The translations under genes and the position numbers were made by a program. Below, piece by piece: positions 22,518 through 36,367 of a stretch of 64,000 nt of DNA. The DNA comes from Hormiphora californensis. Lineage: Eukaryota; Animalia; Ctenophora. The notes beneath the pieces were generated by a model that was not told where the DNA came from, did not search any database, and saw only the letters and a list, made by a program, of their open reading frames with translations. The stretch covers positions 3,534,001 through 3,598,000 of the forward strand of contig CM035355.1 of NCBI GenBank assembly GCA_020137815.1, in the 5' to 3' direction. The stretch's first letter is position 1, and each line of letters starts with the position of its first letter.

Positions 22518-23144
22518 AGTAAGAGTGGCGCGCCGTGTTTTCTCACAAAACTTAGTGGATGAACGGGGAGTACCACCAGGACCATTGGTATGGTATCGAA
22601 AATTTCCAATTCTGTCTCGTTCATTAGTTATGACGTAATATGTTCATTATTTCAACTTTCATAAAAATGCTCTACAGAAAAATCTGTGCTTTGTGGATTG
22701 AAATGGATGCTTGCATCGTGTTCAGCGTCAAAAAATAGTCGGGGTACCAAATTTTGGTGTCGACCAAAGTGAGAGAAAGAGAGTTTGTTACTTTTGGGTG
22801 GTGCGCACAAACAACTAGCACCCAAAAGTAACAATCTCTCTCTCACCCATTTTGGTCGTTTTTGATAATTGTCGATATCTCGCGTCACAGACAAGGTAGA
22901 GACACCAAAATTTGGTACCCCGACTATTTTTTGACGCTGAACACGATGCGAGCATCCATTTCAATCCACAATGCACAGATTTTTCTGTAGAGCAATTTTA
23001 TGAAAATTGAAATAATGAACATATTACGTCATAACTAATGAACGAGACAGAATTGGAAATTTTCGATACCGTACCAATGGTCCTGGTGGTACTCCCCGTT
23101 CATCCACTAAGTTTTGTGAGAAAACACGGCACGCCACTCTTACT
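22518..23144. mobile_element. Kolobok-like non-autonomous element with ~245-bp TIRs
   Basis: AGTAAGAGTGGCG...GGTGTC (22518-22761) is inverted at 22901-23144. TTAA on both flanks and 5'-AG termini match the Kolobok pattern (RR ends, TTAA TSD). Confidence 0.82.
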
Positions 23145-23956
23145 TTAACTGGGAACGATTCACCAGCATGGAATAATCAAAAGAGTTCATCTGATTTTAG
23201 TGTCCAACGTTAGCAACTACAAAATTAAAATGCACGATACGTGTTATTGCGTGCTTGTAGCTGTGAAACAATGGTGGCCTTGCCGACCCTGCCAAATAGT
23301 GCAGCAGTTGTTACTAACAATAAGTACAGAGAAATTTTAGTGCAAATTAGAAGATAGTAAGGACCATGGTGCTAATTCACAGTGCAGTTCACAAGTGAAG
23401 ATAGTTGTGCTGGAATCAGGAATGTCCCCCATGGTTGCAGAGATTTAAAAGATATCTAGTAGAGAAATATGTAGAACCAAACAAGCAACCTATCAGAATC
23501 TGTTACATGATTTGATAAGAAAAACGATTGGATTTGAACTTCACAACATATTCTTACCTAGCTAGATGCCTATCAAAGATATTTGGATTCATCGTTTGCA
23601 CTCCATCAAAGTGTTACCTCTCGTGATGTAGCCATTGAGAGCAATGTGATGGGGTCTTCATTTCACCCCATCGATATACCTGATGAAGAATACGCGGTGT
23701 CAATGGAATCGAACATGTGTGTTTTTCTTCTGTCTGGCTCCCTGGATTTGCCACCCAGTATCATTTCTCTCTCTCTTTCCCTCTCTCTCTCTCTCTAGCT
23801 CTCCCCTGTTCATTTCCCAGAATCCCCCACACAAATCCAGCTGTGTAAGTTGCTATAGCACCTTCTCCCACTCTCAGGGCTAGTATGACACCACACACTG
23901 CACAGGACCCCCCCCAATGGTATCTATTGCACCAGTAAATGTAGTATACTACTAAG

Positions 23957-23961
<5 letters not shown>

Positions 23962-24017
<56 letters not shown>
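23962..24017. repeat. (GA)n microsatellite
   Basis: Direct run. Confidence 0.9.
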
Positions 24018-24028
<11 letters not shown>

Positions 24029-26019
24029 CGAGAAGGATAAAGAAAGAAGGGGCCTGCTCCTTGGATCGATAATGGATCCCTTTCACCAACCTCCCCCTAC
24101 CATCGCAGTAAAGTGCTACTTCTCTTCTTTACTAGACGTTGTGGCGGTGTTTTGTTTGCACCAGACCCTTCCTATTATTATTATTATTATTATTATCCTA
24201 TTATTATTATTTTTTGGGGACAAAAGTGGGGAAATTGTCCCCAAAACTATGCATGTTCCCATGGAACAGGAGGGTTAGATAAACCAGCACCACGTGTCAT
24301 GGAGTAACAACTGTCAAACTTTGTATTGTGCAACAGCACAAGTCAAACTCTCACACTGGTACTGGGTCCTACACCCTTGGAGATTCTCACAATATCAATA
24401 TCCTGATTTCGACAGCGTGCTCTGATCGAGACAGCGTGTCACATCCCCAGATGCTGCTATTATTTGCATTATAGTCACGACACATACATAAGATCTGAAG
24501 ACACTTTGTGTAAACAAACAGACGTGTGTACTCTGGCTAACTGAATGTTTTTGTAAGCATATTATAATAACATTCCCCTGACCCTTGTTGAGTAAGGGCC
24601 CCTTGCCCCTTACTCAGTTACTCAACACTTGACCCTTTAGTTCCTGAGCTGTACCACACTGTTTGCATGCTACGCCTACACACTCACAATTCAGAAAATT
24701 TGCCAGGCCTTCGTGCGATCATTTCTTCTCCCCTTGCCCCTTGCCACCTGGCACCTACAGTGCAATGTGCATGCCTCGGGCAATCTAGGATCCCAATTCA
24801 ACATATATTTTGTGTTCCAATGTTCAAATCACTCATCCCAATACAAGACAGCTGATATATGAATTACATCTGCAGCATCGTACATTTATTGAGCATATAG
24901 GAAGTCATGACATAATCAAATCAGATCCATTGCTGTATGGCCTGCAAAAGATCACTCTCGTGCTGCTACATGTATTGCAGTGTTTTTGTACTGTAGAATG
25001 CCCAATATTTGCGGTGAGATGCTCAACCACGCTCTACTGCACCACTGATCTAGTGCTGCACCGCTCTGCTTGTCTACAAGCTATTTATCTCTGAACCGGA
25101 CCAAATAAAGCCCGGGTAGTAGGAACACTCGAGCTGTATGCGAAGATACAACATAGTATGAACAGTGACAGTGCTCTGTATGCCCAGTATTTGGTTATTA
25201 CTACATTATCGTGTTCGTGTGTTAGGGCCGGTACCTTCAAATCCAATCGAATGTCTACGAGACGAGACTAACTAGTTCAATACACACAGTACTCTCCCAT
25301 CTGAATTCTGAAACACTTGATCCTGGATCTCACATTATAGCAGTGCTCAAGAGATGTTGTGTTTGTTGTTTTGGTACATTATGGATTTGTTTTTCTTGGC
25401 TCAAACCGACTATGTGTTTGTCGAACGTTGTATTGTTCATACAGCACAAGTCGAACGCATACAAACCCATGTGTATACATTTGTGAATCTTTTCAAGATC
25501 GTACCTTTCCCGCATGTTCTCTGCTGCACATGTGCCCGAATTCCCACGATCTAACTCACGGGATATTTAGACTGCCAAATGAATGGTGTCATTCTTTTTG
25601 TCAGCTGTCGTACAATCATACATTGTAGAGCAAGCTAGTCATAAGACTTTCTGCATCATGTCTTTTAGTCCCACACATTTATAAGTAGAGCAAATAGTGA
25701 TTGATTTCTTGTTTATTTAACCCATCTTTGTCTCGGAAACTTTTTTTCTCGGATCGAAATAAAAATGCAGGATAGTTTTGTTAACTAAATAACAAGGATA
25801 GTTGCCTTTCTTTCCATTCGGCATTCGAGGAACAAAAAATGCTATTTCTAGGAACGACAACAAAATGTAATTCTAGAAATCTTGCTGTCTCCATTATATC
25901 TTCAGCAGTTTCACTACCCAGTCGATCATATAATAGCAAACTCTCTTACAGATCGACAACATACTATTGTACTGCATGTACCCGCCACCTCTCTATCTCT
26001 CTATCTCCCTCTCTCCCTC

Positions 26020-26063
<44 letters not shown>

Positions 26064-27484
26064 AATTTCTTTGGTGCACGTGTGATCACGTGATCTATCC
26101 CTACCTGGTCACACAATGGAATCCATTGGAGACTCATCTGACGTGTGTACTGCAGTAGTAGTTGTGTTTGTGTGCATTGAAAGCAGGTAGTATTCCTTTT
26201 TTTACTTGACCAACCACGAATACTCAGCACCCGTGGAGTAACCATCTATAACCTTCTGCCCTCGAGAGAGGTTAAGAGTAACCAAAATACTGATCGAGTT
26301 CAGAGTTGTGAAACTCGACGGAGTCCCATGTTCCCAGCTCTGGTAGTTGGTACTATGTCCAGTACTGCTTCGGGCTATATTCCCAGCCAAATAAGATTGC
26401 TCAAGGTTATTGCGTTCTACTTGTGCTCTGTCTGGAGGTGCCGACCCGATAAATGAGCGCAATGAGAATCAAAATGGGGTCCATGGGGGCGCCAGACAGC
26501 TCGTGCTCATAACGGCATTTTTCCGTCACTTCTCCGTATCCATAGTTTTGCAAGGCATGTTCATGGAAGATATTTTCCTAGATTTCTTTGGAGCACAGAC
26601 GTGATCTTCCAAGAAGTATTTGATGTTCTGAGAACAATTTGTTTTTACAGCAGCTCATCAAGTCAGCTCCAGGAATAATATACTAGTCTGATTATCAGGA
26701 ACCGCGGTCCGCTGATGGACAAGTGTACCAACCATGCAAGTCTTTCTATCCGCGGCCGCCTCGCAAGTGCAGGAAGACGGTCGTCAGTCTTTGTACCTGT
26801 CCTGTATACACAGAGTTGAATTCTTGGTATTGGAATTAACTTGAAGTTGCCTTCCGCAGGATGCAAAATGTAGATTCACTTTTAAACGCTTTGACTTGCA
26901 GTCGGGACTGACCGATCTGACCGCAGTTCAATCTCGCACGCTTTTCACTTATTTGAAATATAAATAAAATGAGAATAGGGTCAGGCCAATGCGATTTCTC
27001 AAATGTATAAACCAAGGAGATACTTATACGTCCATGTGAAGTATTACATGCTTGATAAAACTGTGGCAGATTATTCTCTCTTCTTGTAACGGTCATGTTC
27101 ATTCCTTGCTTCTGCCTTTCTCTCTGTCAGAGCATTGCAGCTTGACCCTATTCTCATTTCTTTCAAATAAGAAGCGCACGAGAAATGTGATCAGAGCATT
27201 GGCCTGACAACTTTCTCTGTTCTTGATTTGTTTGCTGTATCCCTGCGTTTACACAGTACGTCTGTATGGACACTTTAGGAACTATATTTTTCTAAGGATT
27301 TCTCTTCCTAGCCCTCGACAGCTTTGTTTTGATAGGCCTCTTTCAAGATTTTACAATGCCAGTTATTTATTACCCTTATTTCTTTCCGTTTTTGGAATTT
27401 GGAGTATCTAAAACCCTATGTTGACTTGTTTTAAGACAAATTTTGACATTCTATACTTCTCGTCGAGTAGCCACCACAAATATA

Positions 27485-29083
27485 ATGGACAGAAGAGAGT
27501 ACTTGTTCAAGGTGCTGGTGGTGGGAGAGTGTGAGACGGGGAAGACAAGTTTCATCACCCAGTATGTCCACAAACGGTTCGAGAACAATTACAAAGCAAC
27601 GGTAAGAAACATTTGTTTGATGTTATACCCTTCGTCTCTTGTTGTACTCTCGTCTCGCCGATCATTGGAAGGGAGGTGTCGAGACAGTTGAGTACTGTAT
27701 GGCGGCGCCATACCCCATTTGATTCTCAGTGCGCTCAGATGGGTCGATGGTGTCGAGACAGGTTGAGTATAGAGCTTTGCCTGTTATTCAAGATGAATTT
27801 TCAATGCTGTTTAGTTCATCCGACGATTTATCCTTTCAGATAGGGGTAGATTTTGCATTGAAAGTGCTCGATAAAGGAAGAGACAAGTTAGTCCGACTAC
27901 AATTATGGGACGTTGCAGGTGAGTAAACCTCTTCATACTCTGTCTGGCGGCGCTGATTGAAAGTGCGCTCAGATGGGGTCCGCTGCGCTAGACAGTTCAT
28001 ATACTTGTTTTGAGAAGAGCCCGAAATAGTTTGAGCTAGTCCTGGCCATCATCCACCATCTCTTTACCAGTGTTCACTGTAAAGAGATGGTTGATGATGT
28101 TGTCACTGAACACTTGCAACACTAAATACATGTTTCTCACGGCAGGTCAGGAGCGTTATGGTAACATGACGAGAGTGTACTACAAAGAAGCAGTGGGTGC
28201 CTTCCTAGTTTTTGATATCACCCGAATGAGTACCTTTGATGCAGTACAGAAGTGGAAGGCAGATATCGATGAGAAGGTGACGCTACCTGATGGGAGCAGG
28301 ATACCTGTCGTACTACTAGCCAACAAGGTACGTGTACAACCAACCACCAGACAGTATACATTGTTTTTGAATTATAAGGGCCCCCAACCCCAGGTATATA
28401 ACAGCTGTCTGGTGCTGTTGAGTACCAAGTCCTTTTTACATTATTCATGAGCATGAACTGTACAGTGTGTCCTGCTATGTTCTAACCCTCCTAACAGACT
28501 GTCTCTGCGTGGTGACAGGGTGTTAATCAAGGCAATGCTAACCCATTTCATTCTCAGTGTGATTTGATAGAGGAGGGATTTGTTGCCTCTCATCTTGACA
28601 AATACTGCGAGGAGAAGGGCTTCCTGGGATGGTTTGAAACATCAGCCAAAGATAATATTAATATTGAGGAAGCGGCTAATCTTCTCATAGACGAGGTAGT
28701 GTTATTGGCGGACGAGGGAAAGACAAAGAAAAAGCATTGTGTTGTTAGTTGACTGACCCTACTACAGATCATGAGTGACAGACCAAAGTTTGGAAAGACC
28801 GCCATTTTCCTGGTACTAAAGCCCTTTCCTCGACACCATACTGTCAGAGCATTGTCCCCACCATACTGATAGTGAGCGATACAAGTTTTTGACAGTCAAG
28901 ACTAATACATGGAAGAGCAAATGATTTTGGACAAGCATGAAGATCCCCAACATTTCTTGTTGAGTACTCAACACCCCGTTTCAGATAGTCAGTTTGCACG
29001 AACAACACAGTTTTGAGTCAACTCCAGACCCGGATCAGGTGAATCTAACGGAGGAACCGAAGAAGAAGGGGTGCAGTTGCTGA
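27485..29083 (+). CDS. RAB32: Rab32/Rab38/Rab29-subfamily small GTPase, 5 exons
   Basis: Exons 27485-27601, 27840-27918, 28146-28327, 28558-28695, 28985-29083. MDRREYLFKVLVVGECETGKTS...YKATIGVDFALK...LQLWDVAGQERYGNMTRVYYKEA...LLANKCD...WFETSAKDNINI...KKKGCSC (CxC prenylation motif). Confidence 0.93.
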
Positions 29084-29574
29084 TAGGGGCTTTAGGGTGA
29101 TATTGTTGACAATGTCATTGGGTTGGTGTTTCTTGTGCTGGGGGGACATTTTAGATTGTAATGTAAAAATGTGAGAACTGTGACTGTGACAGTGGTGCCC
29201 CGTCATATTTGACACATGGCGTTACCTACGACGTGATCTTGTTCGTCAAATATATGACGGAGCAACACTGTAATACTAAGCAGAGAGAAAATAATCTGAC
29301 TGGATTCAGAGATCCCTATATCATGGGGATGAAATAACGCGGCGAAACCGCAAGACAGGATGAGTTGTTGAGCTATTGAGTAAAGGATGTAGGTACTGTT
29401 AGACAAGACACTGTGTGATGTTCTTCTATTTGATTATTGTCTATTTCACTGCAGTGTATATTTGATAGAAGCTGTGTTAAACTTTCGGCAGCCTAAAGCA
29501 AAATGCGTTATTTCTTCTAGAAGTTCTAGAATCTAACTTCCCTGGGTATTGGGTAACTTGATCCCCCTTCACCC

Positions 29575-30136
29575 GGGGGGGTAATCATGGTGACAAATGG
29601 TGACAAATGGTGACATATGGTGATGGTGACATGACCAAAATTTTGAGATGAGTCACCATTTGTCACCATTCTCTCTGGAGCTTCCTACAGGCATAATATG
29701 ATGTTATGGGACATAATATGGTGTTATGGGACACTGGGGGGAACCTTCTACCAAGTTTCAAGTCGATTGGATGTAATTAAGGGGCCACAGGTGGTTAATT
29801 GCGCTTTTATGTGTTGTGCGAGGGAGGTACACCTTCAACGTGACTTTTGTTTTAGTTTTAGCGGTCCAAAACACTACTAGCCGATCCGGAATGGCCATGT
29901 TAACAACTTATGAACAAATATATCGGTCTAAGGAAATTAATAAATTTTATCAAATTTTTAAAGAAATTCTGCCGAAATCCGCATATTTCGTCAAAAAATG
30001 GTGACAAATGGAGACAAATGGTGACAAATGGAGACAAATGGTGACAAATGGTGATGGTGACATACCCTAAATGGTCAGATGAGTCACCATTTGTCACCAA
30101 ATGTCACCATTTGTCACCATGATTACCCCCCCCCCC
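29575..30136. mobile_element. TIR element with G-run ends and subterminal TGGTGACAAA repeats (Mutator-like MITE)
   Basis: GGGGGGGTAATCATGGTGACAAATGGTGAC ... GTCACCATTTGTCACCATGATTACCCCCC; CCTTCACCC is duplicated on both flanks (~9 bp). Confidence 0.75.
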
Positions 30137-30590
30137 CCTTCACCCCAACTTGTGTCCCATACAAAGTCACCCATGGCTCCTGCAACTTCATTCACGTGAA
30201 ATAAATCGTGTAACTCACCAAACATAGGGATCCAGATTGGTTGTTGAGTGATATATCTACTTGGCTCTCTTTCTCCTGACATGCTTGGATGAGGGAGAGG
30301 GGTTTGTGGGTGATATGATATCATTGGTTTAAACTTGTCAGGTTCGCTTAAAAAGAGATACTCTCAAAATGCAGAGAGACCAGAGAGAAGTTAGGAAGCT
30401 TTTTTGGACCGAGTCCAAATCCAAAACAAACGACTGCGATCCTGACAAGTTTCGTGTGTCTATTACGAAAGATAGATCTCGACTGCTGCGGGTTTCACAA
30501 TGAATAAATAAAAGAGACATCCCGGGTTATGCCTTAAATAAAAAACTAAAAAAACCAGAGACACAGTGTGGCATGGTGTTATCATCATCA

Positions 30591-33500
30591 TCAATTGGTC
30601 GTCTTGGCTTCCTCTGCTGCACTCTTAGCCTTCTTCTTCTTCTTCTTATTGGCTGTTTTCCTGTTGGCAGACTGGGCTAGTAGATCCTCGATCTCCTTAT
30701 TCTCAATCTTGTGTTCCGATTTACAGGTAGCCGGGTCGAATATACCTCCATTGATCCTGATATTACCGTTGGGTACAACCAGGACTGTGAATTTGAACTG
30801 AGCCACGGGCTGACCGGTCGCATCTTGCTGGACAGGGTACGCCTGGAGCAGCTCGTGCGTGACACACTCCTTCAATCCCATCTTAGCTTTGGTCTCCTCC
30901 TCAAAGGCTCGGAGAGTGAAGGGCATGAGGGTGAACCTGTTACACACGTCACTGTAGAATGCTCGGCTGGCCTTCATTTTTAACTGGTAGATCTCCTCTG
31001 TGCGCCTGTAGACGGTCGTGTTGGCGTTGTATTCCTTAGTCTTGCCAGTTCCAGGGGTGACAAACACATCCATGGCGTACACTTCGTGAACAGCAAACTC
31101 CATCTGAAATGAAAGGTTTCAAACTTTCATCAACTACAACGTAAAACTATTTATTGAGGATGCTTATTGTATTGGGGAAATGAGCCATTCGAAATAAATT
31201 CAACAGTGGTGACAATGCCACAGCCCCAAAAGTCACCGTGTTTTCTTGAATAATATGGGGAGGGGGACAATATTTGTTCAGAATTTCTCTCTTAGAGAGG
31301 AATGGGCAGAAGTTTGAGATAATTTCACTTACATCCTTGACTTCCTTCTTCTGGATCTCAGAAGGGTTCAGTACAATCTGTTTGTCAGTATCAGCCTCTG
31401 TTTGGTATCGCTTGATCTGGTAGGACAGCATACCCTCGAGAGGAGTGCACTTGTAACTGTCAGTTATCTTCTGTATCGTATCTGTAACCTGAGGTGGACA
31501 ATGAAATTGGAAGGCTGGAACACTCAAATGGGGGGGGGGGGAGAATTGATCTACCGATTCATGTGAGCCATACAAAGGGAACAATGATGGAAGATTGGTA
31601 CAATAAAAAGGTTTTATTTGTAGGATACAATTCTCTCTCACTCACCAGTCTCCCTCTCATTTGTTTAAAAACATACTCAGGTAGTAGGATACACATCAAA
31701 CACACATAAAATACACACTATAATAGTCACGTGACCACGTTGTGAAATGCGCGTCCCTTTACAGCCCGATATGAGTACTGAATAGAGTCCTCTATACAGC
31801 AATGCGCGCCCAAAACTAGCAATACCTCCCAGCGCTGGTCAAACCGCGGGAGTGTGGACGCCGGTTACTCAACATATGTATTACATGTATTACATCACAT
31901 ATCCCACATAACATCACACCTGTTTGTTACTGTTTCCAGCCTTGATCAGACGAAGGGCGACCTCTGAGCAGTAGTGGGCAGCCAAGATTGCATCGGCCAT
32001 AACCCCAGAGGCGGGGGCATCAGGTGTGGCACCGACCACGATAGTGTGTGCGACCACAGCAGCATACCTGAGAGAGAGGGGTGATGTCATCATCTCACAC
32101 ATTGATAATAGTTCACTGTCAGAAATAGATGCAGTCGGATTGGAGTGTGGGATAAACCAACCGCAATAAAGATGTGGGTGATCATTAGATATAGAGTTTA
32201 TAGAGATGTGGGTGATCATATGATCATTAAACCAAGCACGAGAAAAATGGGACAACACAGTGCAGACAAACAAACAGGTGTTTAAGTGCAGACAAACAAA
32301 CATGTTGTAACATTGTTGTTACATGTTGACCTACCATATCACAACTCACAAACCCATGACAACAGTGTCAAGCTACAAGCGTAGTGCGTACCCTAATATC
32401 ATCATTATCAAACAAACAATATAGTACAAAATGTCATGGCAATTTTACAACTTGCACAAGTTAATAAAATGTTTCAACACCTACCCATCAATATGTGCTC
32501 CAAGTTCGATCTTCACAAGATCGCCCTCCTTCACATTAACAACAGGATCACTTCTCAGGGGAGAGAAATGACAGACAACCTCATTTATTGACACACAAGT
32601 AGGGAATGCAATGCCTTTCTTCAGGTTTTTGTCCTTTTTGTAAAGTTTGGCCGTCTCATCTGTAATGAGTTTGTCACCAAAGGAGCAGATATCAATAACA
32701 CTTGCACCAGGAATTACTTCTTGGATAATAGCCTTCATCACCTGAGATGGAATAAAGAGAGAATTATAAATGTACCGTGTGTGAATTTAGTGAACTTTTA
32801 GCAGTCCTAAACGGAACCAAACTCAGCTATGTTTCTAATACAGTGTGGCCATTTAAAATATACCCCCAGCAAAACAGAGCACGTGTAATGGAAAACCACC
32901 CAACAATCAACAGTTTAAAATCAGTAGACATGTAATCAGTATAACCTGACCATCATTAGTTGAGGCCAGTTGACCATCTCTCTCTGTCTCTCTCTCTCCC
33001 TCTTGAAAAAAACAAGAGGCCAGTACATCGTGCATTATGTCTCAACTTACGAGAGAGGGTTACATTTCCTGAGCTTAGTTTGCCGTTTGTTTGTGTATTG
33101 CAACTATTACAGACCAAACGGGGGGGGGGCCCGCGTATTAAAATGTCCTTTAATGTCCCTCGATTTTTGGGTCATTAAATTGCCCGAGGTAATTTGGGAC
33201 ATTAAAAGACATTAAAGGACATTAAAGGACATTAAAGGACAAGAAATTTTAACTTCCAAAAACCATTTCACAATGTGTTACCAACCATTTCTACCGCCAA
33301 TGTACTACTAAAGGTCCCATCTTTCGATTCCAATGAATGTTCATAAATGTTCAGTGGTGATTGGGCTTGCTTTTGCGTGGGACGTGGGTGCGGTAGCTTT
33401 TTTACATGTGCATATTTCTAGCCTTGACGATATCACAAAATCATCTTATGAAACGAGTAGAGAAGACACCGAAGTCATAAAAGTGAAAGAGAACAGCTCC

Positions 33501-34801
33501 GATTTTGATGAAACTTGGTCAGAATAGTGTTTGGTGTCTAAATTTTAGTGCTCAAATCCTAAATTTACGATTTTTAGGTTTTTTAGGTTTTGTTTTTGCT
33601 TTTATGGGTTTCAGGAACGTCCTAGAACAAAAAGAATAGAACCATCTTTCTTGGCGTGAAATTCTGCATCGATTTTAGTGGCTATAAACCTTTCTATGAC
33701 GTAAGGTTCCGAAGCCATTCCAAAAAATCGCAAACGGGTACATGTTATAGGGGCGGGTACATGTTTTAGGCTAACGGGCAAACCTCTAGTCAGAACACCA
33801 TGTTATAGGGTGTCAATCGACGTTTATTGATGAGGAAATCATTTTAGTGAAAACCATTTTGATCTGCGATGTCTGTGTAACGAATAAAACCTAAAAAACC
33901 TTACCACTATAACTTCTGAACCTTACGTCATAGAAAGGTTTAAAGCGACTATAATCGATGCAGAATTTCACGCCGAGAATGATGGTTCTATTTATTCTTT
34001 TATAGGACGTTTCCGAAACCCATAAAAGCCAAAAAACCTAAAAAACCTAGAAAACCCTAAATTTAGGATTTGAGCACTTTTGACTTCTAATTAGACCCCA
34101 AAGACCATTCTGACCAAGTTTCATCAAAATCGGGGCTATTTTCACTTTAAAACCTTGACATCCAGTCAAAAACTACAAATTTTCCGGGGTTCGCTTAGAG
34201 GTACCGTGCCACCCTAAAATGAGGCTTAATCACCCCCAACATCTATGGTATTGGTTGGAATCGATAGAGGGGACATTAGGGGTAAATATTAAGTGGTTGA
34301 AAACACCATTTTAGTTTAATAATAGCTGAAAATTCATGTTTCAATTAAATGTCCTTTAATGTCTTTTAATGTCCTTTAATGTCCTTTAATGTCCCAGGGA
34401 CATTAAAGTCGGACGTGTTTATTTAGGACATGGATATTAAATTCACGCGGCCCCCCCCCCGACCAAACAAATGGGAATGAAGTCCATGATTTGTATCTGG
34501 CTATTATGTGGTGACTATGCAAGGACTGAAACATAGTTGACTCTACTGGATAACCTCAAGCCTAGAATTATTCATTGCCATATTATGTTGTTGCTAATTT
34601 CCCAATTAAAATATGTTTTTCCCTTACAATCTTGCTAATGAAATTGTTTTCCCCCTCTTACCATGTTGCTAATTTTCCAATTAAAATATGTTTTGCCCCT
34701 CTTACCATATTGCTAATTTCCCCAGCAGTCTTGTACTTGGTGAGGACGGCGTCATTCTCTATCGTCAGTTCCTCTTCCTCTGAGTCGTATGCGTCAGACA
34801 T
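30591..34801 (-). CDS. PA2G4: Proliferation-associated protein 2G4 / EBP1, 5 exons
   Basis: Exons 34801-34706, 32741-32485, 32067-31920, 31488-31333, 31103-30591. MSDAYDSEEEELTIENDAVLTKYKTAGEI...KKGIAFPTCVSINEVVCHFSPL...KIELGAHIDGYAAVVAHT...YQLKMKASRAF...MPFTLRAF...AQFKFTVL...KKKKKK. Confidence 0.96.
33120..34460. mobile_element. 1.34-kb non-autonomous TIR element in PA2G4 intron 1
   Basis: G-run-CCGCGT ... ACGCGG-C-run termini; GACCAAAC (8 bp) duplicated on both flanks; inverted GGACATTAAA subterminal repeats and internal inverted blocks (about 33500-33710 vs 33915-34135). Confidence 0.8.
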
Positions 34802-34902
34802 GGTGTTTTAACCCGGCTATTTAAGAGAGGCAATGTGGTTATAACAGTAGTAAGAGAGTTGAGTAACAAATCTGTTGTAATTATATGGACAGTTAAGTAG
34901 CC

Positions 34903-35405
34903 ATCAACTAAGATTTAAATCCGGATATTTGAGGGTGGGGCGGTAGTTGTAGTAGCGGCACGGTAAGGGAGGTTAGGTAGTCATCAACTAATATTTAAAT
35001 CCGGATATTTGAGGGTGGGGCGGTAGTTGTAGTAGCGGCACGGTAAGAGAGGTTAGGTAGTCATCAACTAATATTTAAATCCGGATATTTGAGGGTGGGG
35101 CGGTAGTTGTAGTAGCGGCACGGTAAGAGAGGTTAGGTAGTCATCAACTAATATTTAAATCCGGATATTTGAGGGTGGGGCGGTAGTTGTAGTAGCGGCA
35201 CGGTAAGAGAGGTTAGGTAGTCATCAACTAATATTTAAATCCGGATATTTGAGGGTGGGGCGGTAGTTGTAGTAGCGGCACGGTAAGAGAGGTTAGGTAG
35301 TCATCAACTAATATTTAAATCCGGATATTTGAGGGTGGGGCGGTAGTTGTAGTAGCGGCACGGTAAGAGAGGTTAGGTAGTCAGCAACTAATATTTAAAT
35401 CCGGC
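34903..35405. repeat. 80-bp tandem repeat (~6 copies) in the probable 5'-UTR intron of PA2G4
   Basis: CCGGATATTT recurs every 80 bp (34921, 35001 ... 35321). It lies between a minus-strand GTAAGT donor (~35522) and an acceptor (~34872). Confidence 0.93.
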
Positions 35406-36367
35406 TATATCATTTAGAATGTATACGCGGTTAAAGAGAAATAACTAACAGGCAAACTCGAATTACCAGACCTTTAGATTTATTTCCCCCGGTTTATCAG
35501 AATTCCGTGCATTTCAACTTACCGGGCAAAAACCCGGTCCTTCCCCCTGATTGCCTGGCTAGACTCTAGAGTCCCCCTGACTGTTGAACAAAACAACCCC
35601 CGGAGGAGTCCGGTGAATCGAGGTTTGACTGGATATAGAATAAAGAAGGGCTAGTTGAACCGCAACCTGATCTAATATTATGCATGGCACCAGGTGTAAA
35701 TCCTCTGTTCTTTTTAATCTCCAAGTGAACATCTCTCTCCCTGACCATCCTTGTCACTCGATCTTCCTTTCTCTCTCATCTCTCACACTCCCCTAGCCTC
35801 ACTCTCCCATCTCTCATTCACTCTCTTTCTCTCACACACTCCACTCACTCTCTATTTCTCTCTCTCCCTCTCTCCCTCTCTCTCTTTCTATCTCTGTTGT
35901 ACACCACATGGGATAGATGGACATTAGAAGACGCAGCACAAAGCTTTATTATCCTATAGAGGCAACCACCCAGTTGTTTGTGCTGCTTCTCTCTACTGTT
36001 GTACATTTGTGTTTTAGAATTTAGGACATATCATAGTCCAATAGAATATACTGAGAAAATACACAGTAAATGAGTGTATTACCCAGAAATAACTGCATTT
36101 TGCTTTGACATATAGTTTTACTAAAATATAGACCACACCTATTATAGTATAGTTAGTTTTTGGGGGGGGGGGGGTAAAAGTTAAAAATTATACATAAAAA
36201 TGAGTTTACATGTTCTTTAGTAATAGTATAGTTAGTTGTATCTTCACTTAACATAATATAGTATCGTCCGGAGGGGCCAGTAAGGTGTATTGCATATTTT
36301 GTCTCCTCAATCTATCTAGCAAAAGTAAAGTTGTATTGAATTGTTTATTTCTCTATTATCTAGCAAG

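Noticed and set aside
31116-31140. SL-like words GTTTCAAACTTT (31117) and AACTTTTCAA..CTTTAAACA (46636), antisense near acceptors
   Set aside because: Matches of only 10-12 nt in AT-rich DNA are expected by chance in 64 kb.
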